From Octopus vulgaris (Eukaryota): a DNA stretch of 64,000 nt. The translations under genes were made by a program, and so were the position numbers. This document shows positions 54,390 through 64,000 of the stretch, in pieces. The stretch is taken from NCBI GenBank assembly GCA_951406725.2, contig OX597840.1:15252001-15316000 (forward strand). The letters run 5' to 3'. Under the pieces are notes generated by a model. The model did not search any database. It was not told where the DNA came from and worked only from the letters and a program-made list of their open reading frames with translations. Position 1 is the first letter of the stretch. Every line of letters starts with the position of its first letter.

Positions 54390-55391
54390 TAGCATTAAAG
54401 ACCCGTCGTTGCCGGGTCATAGTGCTAGTGCATGTATATATGTGTATATATATGTGTACATATTACATGTACATCTATATATATACATCTACACATAAAA
54501 TACAGAATACAAAGTTATATCTTGATATCGCTAGTGATAACAATACTCAAAATATATAACAGACTGGAATTGTTAGCCCGTCTCTTGTAATTTCGATGAA
54601 TTGTATCTTGTCCTCCCTCTTGTATAGAAGTGTGGCTACAATCCAGCCTACCTCTACTTCGGGGGGGGGGGGGCATTTTAAATTTTTTTCCGGGACGTCC
54701 TACATCTCAGATATAAAGGTAAAAATAAAATATTTCCACTTTGAAGTTCGAGTCAAGTACTCCCTTGCACGCTCCGTTGACTCAAACCCTGCTTCTATTG
54801 TGGTGAATTTACCACCTCTGATTAGATACCTTTCATAGTCGCACCAAGAGACTTTTCGAAGGTGCTTTCCTCCATGTGTTCAAATCTTCTTTTTTCTCTA
54901 CATTGTATACTATATAGACAATAGTCTTTTCTTTAATTTAATTTTTTATTATCCATCTGGACTACTCCATTTCTGCACGCTAATTTTATTTTTAATTTAT
55001 TCCCATTCATGTGAAACCACTTATTCAAGTTCAAATCATTGATGCAATTTTATACCAATTGCTATTTTTACTTTTGTCATGTTATTTTAGTTTGATTTTA
55101 ATTATTTTAATTGTTATTATTATTTTTGTTGTTAAAGTGAAAGTATCTGACATAAAATAGAGAAACATTTTTGTTTCACTTTTAACACGTAAAACTGAAA
55201 TAGTGGTGAAGATATGATATTGCTATTTGCTCGCTCTAGGCAAGAAGTTGAACATTTCTTTTGCCCATGAAACTACATCGACCCTAAGTAAGGCATGTGT
55301 AAAATTTGAATGGAATTGGTTGTGTAGTTCTCAAGTTTTAGGAAACACATAGACAGACAGGCACACATTCTCAGTTTTATATATATAAAGA
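54389..55391 (-). mobile_element. non-autonomous Helitron
   Basis: Minus-strand 5' end TCTTTATATATATAAAACTGAGAATGTG...GTCTGTCT; 3' hairpin GACCCGGCAACGACGGGTC then CTAG|T; sits in (TA)n. Confidence 0.85.
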
Positions 55392-55395
55392 TATA

Positions 55396-55582
55396 TAGGG
55401 AGAGTTTGTGAAAAAAAAACAAAAGACGAAGACAGGTGGTGTACAAAACAAACAGATGTATTAGTAAAACACTCAGGAATAGAAAAAAGTCTTCTTACGT
55501 TTCGAGCCTACACTCTTCTACAGAAAGGGACACAGAAAAAACAAGGAGAGAAAAAAATGTGTGTAGTGGCTAATGATCTATC
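55396..55582 (-). mobile_element. short (TA)n-inserted element with hammerhead-like motif (55491-55527)
   Basis: Minus strand CTTT CTGTAGA A GAGT GTAG GCTC GAAAC GTA AGAAG. Confidence 0.5.
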
Positions 55583-55623
55583 ATATATATATATATATGT
55601 GTGTATATGTATATATGTGTATG

Positions 55624-55680
<57 letters not shown>

Positions 55681-55682
55681 TT

Positions 55683-55878
55683 GTAAAAACGGTAAGATAA
55701 CAAAAGAAAGAAAGAGACCTCGATATTATGTAAATAGAAGAAATTTATCTGTAAATTAATATGTGACAATTATACAATAGCCAAGATAAAGCTCTGAGTT
55801 TCGGATGCCGAAGTGGAACGGCACTGAAACTCAGAGTTATATCTTGGCTATTGTATAATTGTCACATATTAATTTACA

Positions 55879-55880
<2 letters not shown>
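55683..55880. mobile_element. mini fold-back relic of the same PLE family as 27399-29681
   Basis: 55683-55817 is homologous to 27399-27532; arms 55748-55810 / 55819-55880. Confidence 0.88.
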
Positions 55881-55919
<39 letters not shown>

Positions 55920-56723
55920 ATATATATATATACACACACACACACACATACATATCTTTCCTATCTATCTGTCCCTTTGTCTGTGTATCTATTTGTCTGT
56001 CTTCCCTGACTTCTCCTTCTTCCACTCAGTTTCCCAGTTGTCACTAAAATATTCTGATGTTCAAAGAATTTAACCTTCTTGCCTCCTTCTCCTCCTTGTG
56101 TTCTTTAGGAGATTTTCTAATGTTTTATCACTTAAAGACTTCAACGTTTGCAAATCTCTTTCTCTTTCTCTCCCCCTCTCTCTCTCTCTCTCTTTCTCTC
56201 TCTCTATGTCAAGCTTTGTCAAATCCTAGTCATGGCCAGTGCCAGTGTCACATGAAAGGCACCCAATACACTTTACTGAGTGTTTGATGTTAGGAAGGGC
56301 ATTCAACAGTAGGAACCAAGCCAAAACAAACTCTGGAACCTAATTTGGCCCCTGGCCTTGCCAGTTCCTCTCAAGCCATCCGAACCATGCCAGCATGGAA
56401 AACGGATGCTAAATGATGATGGTGATATAATATATATATATATATATATATCTGTGTATGTATACACACACACACACAACACCATCATATTTGGAAAATG
56501 GTGTATATACATGTCGAAATGACACCTGGCAGTTTATGTGGTACTGTTTAGATAAAAGTTTGAGTGGCTGTGTGGTAAGTAGCTTGCTTACCAACCACAT
56601 GGTTCTGGGTTCAGTCCCACTGCGTGGCACCTTGGGCAAGTGTCTACTACTCTAGCCTTGGGCCGACCAAAGCCTTGTGAGTGGATTTGGTAGACAGAAA
56701 CTGAAGCCCGTCATATATATGTG

Positions 56724-56776
<53 letters not shown>

Positions 56777-57143
56777 ATATGTTGTATATCTGTGTTTGCC
56801 CCCCCACACACACACACACTCCAACATTGCTTGACAACTGATGCTGGTGTGTTTAGGTCTCCGTAACTTAGCAGCTCGGCAAAAGAGACCGATAGAATAA
56901 GTAATAATTCTTACAAATAATAAGTCCTGAGGTTGATTTGATTCAACTAAAGGTGGTGCTCCAGCATGGCCACAGTCAAATGACTAAAACAAGTAAAAGA
57001 GAGAGTAAAAGAGTGTCCAATCCACTAAACTACAGTACCAGTTTCTCTGATGTTTAGCAGAACTGACATTTAAAGACAATGAATAATGACAGAGAAATGG
57101 TTAGTGTTATGGGACCTGATGTTGGTTTTACTATTAAAATGTT

Positions 57144-57554
57144 TTAACCCTTTAGCATTCAGATTACCCTTATTTACATTATTTACATTCGATGGATATT
57201 TACCATCATCTTTGTTGTTAATACAACGTTTTGGCTGATATATCCTCCAGCCTTCTTCAGGTGTCTTGGGAAATTTTTGAACCTGGGTTCTCATTCCTAA
57301 AGTATTTTTCACTGCTGCTGCTGTTGCTGTTGTTGTTGGTGTTGTTGGTGTTGCTGGTGTTGCTGCTGCTGCTGTTGTTGTTGTTCGGGTCACTGCTTAG
57401 AATTGAACTTGGAATCTTGGGGTTAGTAGTGACTATGCCATATGCCCTAACCACTATGCCATATGCTAGTGAGCTTATGGCATCGTGGTTAAGAGTGCAG
57501 GCTACTAACCCCAAGATTCCGAGTTCGATTCTAAGCAGTGATCTGAACACTAAC

Positions 57555-57591
<37 letters not shown>

Positions 57592-57958
57592 TCAAAAAAT
57601 GCCTTAGGAATGAGAACCCAGGTTCGAAATTTCCCCAAGACACTGGAGGGTATATCAGCCGAAATATTGTGTTAACAACAAAAAAGATAAAGACAAATAT
57701 CCATCGAATGTAAATAATGTACATAATTCCTCATCTCATAAATATAGATCAGATTACCCTGCTGAATGTGATGCTTATGTATTCACATTGTTTTGAATTA
57801 ATCATAGATTATCTTATAGCTTTGAGATTTCAGTATGAATGTTTATTTTTAGAATGACATTGTGAAATAGGTGTGAGAGGCTGGATCTAGTCAGTTTGAA
57901 TTTAAAGCAAGTAAACTATGTTAGCTGGATATGGCCAGTTTAAGTGCTGAGAGGTTAA
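57144..57958. mobile_element. TTAA-flanked MITE (piggyBac/Kolobok-like termini) interrupted by the fold-back SINE
   Basis: TTAACCCTTTAGCATT ... AGTGCTGAGAGGTTAA imperfect TIRs. Confidence 0.6.
57171..57748. mobile_element. head-to-head dimer of a tRNA-headed, hammerhead-tailed SINE with 12-bp TSD
   Basis: Left arm (-) ~57171-57465, right arm (+) ~57472-57748; TCAGATTACCCT at 57159-57170 and 57749-57760. Confidence 0.85.
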
Positions 57959-58456
57959 AGTTTTGCCTAGTTAAAAATAAACCTTTCCCTGTGTACAACC
58001 ATGTTGATCCACCATTGTTTAATGAAAATTTCCTATTGTTTGATGTGAAATTAGTCCTGTGGTCCTTAATTGGAATAAAAGTGTTACATTTAACTTTTAC
58101 TCTCTTCCTATCAATGTGCATCCATAAAGTGGCTATCTGATGAGTGTGAGGGTGATGAATTTAACAGGAAACTCTGGGTCATGACTATCATATGATTGTC
58201 ATTAAACTATAAATGTATATATATATACATATGTACATATATATTCACCCCTATTCCCATCTTAAACCATTTGTTGCTCTCTTCTCATGCTCCTTTGAGT
58301 ATACCCTTTCTAATCCATCTGCTCACACATCCTTTCCAACTCCTTTAGACTAAATTCCCTATATCTTAAAAGTACCCTCTCACACATTGTCACCAACATC
58401 TTTATCTTCTTTCTAGTTACTCCCACTCTTTTCTATTCAGGGCAGCTATATATATA

Positions 58457-58701
58457 CAGGGTGGCCCAAAAGTAGGTATACAACTATCTCAATCGCATTC
58501 ATATATTAACAAAGTGTTCTGAAGAGAATCGAAGAATGTTGCAATGTTGAAGGGGGACATTTTGAGCATCTGAGGGATTGTCTGTTTAAGATATGCATAA
58601 GCAATATGATTGTAAGATAGAAATTTTAATGTAATGAAATGTTTTAAAAGAAATTTAAAGTGACTACGTGATAGCTGTAAACCTACTTCTGGGCCACCCT
58701 G
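58457..58701. mobile_element. Tc1/mariner MITE
   Basis: TA|CAGGGTGGCCCAAAAGTAGGT ... ACCTACTTCTGGGCCACCCTG|TA. Confidence 0.9.
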
Positions 58702-59022
58702 TATATCTCCTTCACAGCAAGACACTTGCACCAATCCCTCTGTCACACTTCACCCTCTCAACACCTGGCATAAAGTCACTTACCCCTCTCCTACAGCACC
58801 ACTCAGATAAGGACTCTTTTTTTTTATTTTCATTTTTTTTTCTCTTGGGTGCAGGTGTGTCTGTGTAGTAAGAAGCTTGCTTCCCAACCACATGGTTCCG
58901 GGTTCAGTCCCACTGCATAGCACCTTGGGCAAGTGTCTTCTACTATTACCTCAGACCAACCAAAGCCTTGAGAATGGATTTGGTAGACAGAAACTGAAAC
59001 AAGTACATCATATAGCGAGGTT

Positions 59023-59146
59023 AACAAACATTAAGACAAGGTAAACATCTCAAGTCATATACATTATTATTATTATTATTATTATTATTGGTCCAATAAT
59101 AATAATGTATATGAGTTGAGATGTTTACCTTGTCTTAATGTTTGTT
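59023..59146. repeat. inverted repeat (~50-bp arms) closing on an (ATT)n/(AAT)n centre
   Basis: AACAAACATTAAGACAAGGTAAACATCTCAA.TCATATACATTATT and its reverse complement, one mismatch. Confidence 0.9.
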
Positions 59147-59302
59147 GTCCTCTTTAACAATTATATATCCACTGCACCAGAAATCTGCAATGGCTCCATA
59201 ACTACCATCTTGGCTTTAACCTAGGAGCCCTAATAATCTGTTACAGCACTTACCTAGCATACCTAATCATTTAGATCACCTGTGAACTAAACCCCCATAC
59301 TT

Positions 59303-59338
<36 letters not shown>

Positions 59339-59606
59339 AGAGCATTATTATTCCTAAAAATAATAACATTAGTGGCCGCAATCGTAAAAACGGTATAGGC
59401 AAAATTAATAATTATATATAAGATATTTAAATATGTTTATATATACTAGGGTACTACATAAGCACCTGCTTTGCTGAAAATAGAAGTCAAAATACTTCTA
59501 AGCCACAAAAGAATCACTAAACACAGGCATGATAGGGAGAAAAATTTAGTTAAATAGGAATAGCATCTTACCTCTGCAAAGGATGCAGAAGAAATGTCAG
59601 TTAATC

Positions 59607-59892
59607 GATATTTAAGAGATGAGGAATTATGTACATTATTTATATTCTTTTACATTCGACGGATATTTGTCCTCACCTTGTTTGTTGTTAACACAACATT
59701 TCAGCTGATATACCCTCCAGCCTTCATTGGGTGTCTTGGGGAAATTTCAAACCTGGGCTCACATTCTTAAGGTATTTTTTGATGTTGTTGTTGTTGTTAT
59801 TATTATTATTATTATTCAGGTCACTGCCTGGAATTGAACTCGGAATCTTGGGGTTAATAGCCTGCACTCTTAACCACTATGCCATATGCCCA
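59607..59892 (-). mobile_element. monomeric third copy of the tRNA-headed, hammerhead-tailed SINE
   Basis: Collinear with 57472-57748 from the head (GGGCATATGGCATAGTGGTTAAG) to the tail (CCTCATCTCTTAAATAT). Confidence 0.85.
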
Positions 59893-60583
59893 TGGAGGGC
59901 TTATAAATCTAATGGGATAGGAGAATATTAGATTTACTTGCCCCCATTACTGCTTGACAATCGGTATTGATGTGGTTACATCCTTGTAACTTAGCAGTTC
60001 CACAAAAGAGACTGATATAATATGTTCTAGGCTTAAAAAATAAGTGCTGGAATTTATTTGTTCGACTAAAATATCTCAAGGTGGTGCTCCAGCATGGCCA
60101 CAGTCAAATTACTGAAACAAGTGAAAGAATAAAACAGAATATATATGTATATGTAGGCACAGGCATGGCTGTGTGGTAAGAAGCTTGCTTACCAACCATA
60201 TAGTTCCTGGTTCAGTCTCACTGCACAGCACAACACCTTGGACAAGTGTCTTCTACTATAGCCTCAGGCTGACCAAAGCTTTGTGAATAGATTTGAAAAT
60301 TTGAAAGACAGGTGTTGAACTCATGATCGTAAGGTTATGCGTTCAATTCCTGGACCGGGTGACACATCGTGTCCTTGAGCAAAACACTTCATTTCACGTT
60401 GCTCCAGTCCACTCATCTGGCAAAAATGAGTAAGCCTGCGACGGACCGGCATCCCGTCCAGGTGGTGAATTTCTACACCACTGAAACCAGGAACCAGCCC
60501 TTATGAGCCTGGCATGGCTCAAGAAGGAACATTTTTATATTATATATATATATATATATATACATACATATATATATATATAT

Positions 60584-60980
60584 AGGTGCAGGAGTGGCTG
60601 TGTGGTAAGCTGCTTGCTTACCAACCACATGGTTCCGGGTTCAGTCCCACTGCGTGGCATCTTGGGCAAGTGTCTTCTGCTATAGCCTCGGGCCAACCAA
60701 AGCCTTGTGAGTGGATTTGGTAGACGGAAACTGAAAGAAGCCTGTCGTATATATGTATATATATATATATGCATGTGTGTGTTTGTATGTCTGTCCCCCT
60801 AGCATTGCTTGTCAACCGATGCTGGTGTGTTTATGTCCCCGTTACTTAGCGGTTCGGCAAAAGAGACCAATAGAATAAGTACTGGGCTTATAAAAGAATA
60901 AGTCCCGGGGTCGAGTTGCTCGATTAAAAGCCGGTGCTCCAGCATGGCCGCAGTCAAATGACTGAAACAAGTAAAAGAAA
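60584..60980 (+). mobile_element. SINE family A, near-intact copy
   Basis: Highly similar to 44671-45080. Confidence 0.9.
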
Positions 60981-61604
60981 AAAAAAATATATGTATGTAT
61001 GTATATATTTGTGTGTTTGTGTCTGTGTTTGTTGCTTCACCATCACTTGACAAACGGTGGTGTGTAACTTGGTGGTTCAGCAAAAGAGGCCAATAAAACA
61101 AGTACTAGGCTTACAAAGATTAAGTCTTGGGTTCGAATTATTACACTAAAACCCCTTGAGGTGGTGCTCCAGCATGGCTGCAGTCAGATGGCTGAAACAA
61201 AGGAATAAAAGAATATAAACATGCATGCAACCGGTCTCTGTCCATTGTCTGTTTTACCGATTCCATCCTTAAAGTATTGGCCAAGCTGATTCTATAAAAG
61301 AAATCATTTGCACAAGACAGAGGGTAGCAGGATTGAACCTGCAAACCACATGGTTGCTGACCCAATACCTCAACCACTCATCCACATACACTCTCCACTT
61401 GACAATGTGCAATGAATATTAGATGCACCACAGCAAACCATCCTGTCTCAATGCCATTGATCTTGTCTGTCTGTCTGTCTTTATATTTATTTATTTATTT
61501 ATTAACCATGCTTCCTGCACATGCAGAATGAAATAGAATGCACGTGTGATGCACAATAGTTGTTCATATTCTCAGCAGGTCATTCCGAAAGCACAGTGAA
61601 AAGG

Positions 61605-61707
61605 ATGAGGAGATGGCAAGCTTGTTTTCTTGTTCTTGTTACAAGCATTTTTGATGTTGTTTTTCTTGTTATCCAGTTGAGTAATTTCGCATGCATGAAC
61701 GGACACG
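61605..61707 (+). CDS. candidate first coding exon (exon 61579-61707) encoding a signal-peptide/anchor-like N-terminus of an unidentified secreted or membrane protein
   Basis: Acceptor TTCTCAGCAG|, AGGATGA start context, MRRWQACFLVLVTSIFDVVFLVIQLSNFACMNGH (basic n-region + hydrophobic stretch), phase-1 donor G|GTAAAT, in repeat-free sequence. Confidence 0.55.
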
Positions 61708-63220
61708 GTAAATTCAAGTTATGTCCAAGTCCTTTGAATCACAGAGAAACTCTAAACAAAAACAATAATCATCCCCCCCCCCATCATTTCCCCTTCCTCT
61801 ACTCTCGTTTGTTTTTAATATTTAATTCCTGAAAAGAGCATTGGAGTGGCTGAAACGGTGGAGCACCACACTAAACAAGATGTGTTATTTGACTCCGTAT
61901 AGGGTTGGAAAGTCTGCTAGAAACAGCAGCTAAAAAATCTCCCTTGGATCATGTCCTATTTTGAGGGGGAAACTGTTAAGCCATATATAGACAGTGAAGT
62001 TTCTGTTATACAACCATTAGACTGGATGGTCATTGTTGGAAGGACTTGACATAAGGTGTTGGAAAAGGCTAAACAAAAATAGCAGTGATGAGGGAAAACC
62101 CCTGGAATAGCAAGACATGGAAACTTTTACATTTGGCAGGGAAAGGATCACTCAAATGGCTAGGAATAGCTGCTAGAATTCCTCAAATTGCATATTTAAG
62201 GTGTCTTACAAAAGAAGATCACTTTGGATAAAAATGATGACGAATGCACTACTTCATTTTTAATACAGGCACACCTCACCCTACATTGTTAATTAAGTCG
62301 AAAAATGACTAAAGTTGAATTAACTTGTCTCTAGACTAGACTAGGCTGAATTTACTTGCCTCTAGGCTAAACTGATAATAAGCATCCTCAGTTCTCTACT
62401 TTATTTATGAATGCATTTTCAATAATACATGTTTAGTAAAAACCATGTGTGCTAAAATCTTGTCCTTATGTACAATTGTCAATACATTTGTCCAACCATT
62501 CCCCAAAAATCATGCAACTGCAACCACTTCTTCACCTTTTGCATGGCGTTTTATCATATCCAGTCCAGTGTTATAGCATGATTCTTAGCAGCTTCACTAT
62601 GAATTTTCTTAGGATCCATGGGGACAAAAAAAAAATTTACAAATGAATGAGAATAAGAAAGTAGCCGATAAACAGACGTACACAAATCTGAATTCAAAAT
62701 AATCGCAGGAATCATGAGTGACAATGACAGTGCAATATGAGCTCCAAAAAGACTGATAAGACAACTCAGCTGATTTCAGGATTTCGTTCACTAAGCTACA
62801 CTGCTTTATGGTGTGTATCTTAACATTTACTGTACATGTTTTAATATGATTTTATATGCTTTTATTCTTATTTATTGTACAGTAATAGGATTTTATGCGC
62901 TTTTAACGGTTTTCTAGTGATTTTATGATTCCAATATTTGTGGCAGACAGATGTAATGTCAAGAAAAATTACTTAACTTGATTTTATTTTTCCATATATT
63001 ATTTTTGAAAACCAACGACTTAAACGTCTTAAGCCAAGGGATGCCGGATAAAATGCTTAGCAACATTTTGCCCATCGCTATGTTCTGAGTTCAAATTCCA
63101 CCAAGGTCAACTTTACCTTTCATCCTTTCAGGGACAATAAAATAAGCACCAGTTGAAGACTGGGGTCCCCTGCACCACCACCCCACCAAATTTCTACCCT
63201 TGTGGAAAAATTTGAAACCC

Positions 63221-63255
<35 letters not shown>

Positions 63256-64000
63256 TGAAAGGGCTAAAGACAGACACTTTCCTCTTTGGCCAAGCCCTCA
63301 TCAACTTTTTCACATTTCACTTGAAAAGGAAAGTGAGGGTGGAGAGGGAAGTGTTGCCTTGTAGCAAGTTTGTTGAAAGGTGGGTGAATGTTGGAAGAAT
63401 GGCCAGTGTGAAAGGATTAATTCTGAGCATGCACCTGTACAAAAAAGAAGGTATCTTGCCCTGTTGTTCAGGCACCCATGGGTTTTAAGGGTCTTTCCAT
63501 AAGAACCTTAAAGCACCTCCTCTATTGGGATTTTAATTTGTTCAATTTTTAACTGTTATTTATATTGTGTACACATGAAAACCCATTGTATCATCCTGTT
63601 TTTGTCTTTAATGTTGTTATATGTCTTTTAATGTTATTTTTTGTGAGCCCTTGTGGCCAATAAAAGAATAAATTATTATTATTATTATTATTATTAAGGT
63701 GGTGAGCTGACAGAACCATTACCATGCTGGACAAAATGTTTAATGGTATTTTGTCTGTCTTTATGTTTTGAGTTCAAATGCCACCATGGTAGACTTCGCC
63801 TTTCGTCCTTTTGGGCTCATTAAAAAAGTACCAGTTGAGCAGAGGGGTCGATATAATTGATTAACCCCATCCCCCAAATTGCTGGCCTTGAGCTCAAATT
63901 TAAAATCAATATTGTTGTTGTTATTGTTGTTCACTGAATTATTGAAATGATGGGCAGATAATTGAGTGGTATTTGCTTCAGCTCTATTCATTCTGAGTTC

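Noticed and set aside
57472-57545. Functional tRNA gene
   Set aside because: A and B boxes are present, but the acceptor and anticodon stems do not pair and it runs into a repeat body; treated as a SINE head.

Overview
AT-rich animal genomic DNA saturated with microsatellites ((TA)n, (CA)n, (AAT)n, (GA)n, (GAT)n, (ATAG)n) and short interspersed repeats. The repeat landscape looks like a coleoid cephalopod (octopus-type) genome; this is inferred from pattern, not proven. Almost all ORFs in the supplied track are microsatellite or SINE artefacts. Supportable content: (i) a young, 5'-truncated Penelope-like retroelement (PLE; RT + GIY-YIG, frame open 28011-29390) with an inverted copy of its 3' part; (ii) remnants of RTE, CR1, R4/Dong, Tc1, maT, mariner, hAT, Helitron and Helentron-type elements and several MITEs; (iii) dozens of SINE copies from at least four families; (iv) hints that the window is mostly giant intron of a + strand gene: a signal-peptide-like coding exon (61579-61707), a 52-nt candidate exon and a tandem pair of recursive-splice-type YAG|GTAAGA sites near 40.2 kb. 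The most interesting signal is a set of PLE-type non-autonomous elements carrying hammerhead-ribozyme-like motifs and inserting as asymmetric fold-backs. It includes a tRNA(Arg)-like-headed SINE with a PLE-type hammerhead in its tail, inserted as a head-to-head dimer with a 12-bp target duplication (57171-57748). All calls were made by eye; repeat boundaries are approximate unless termini are quoted.
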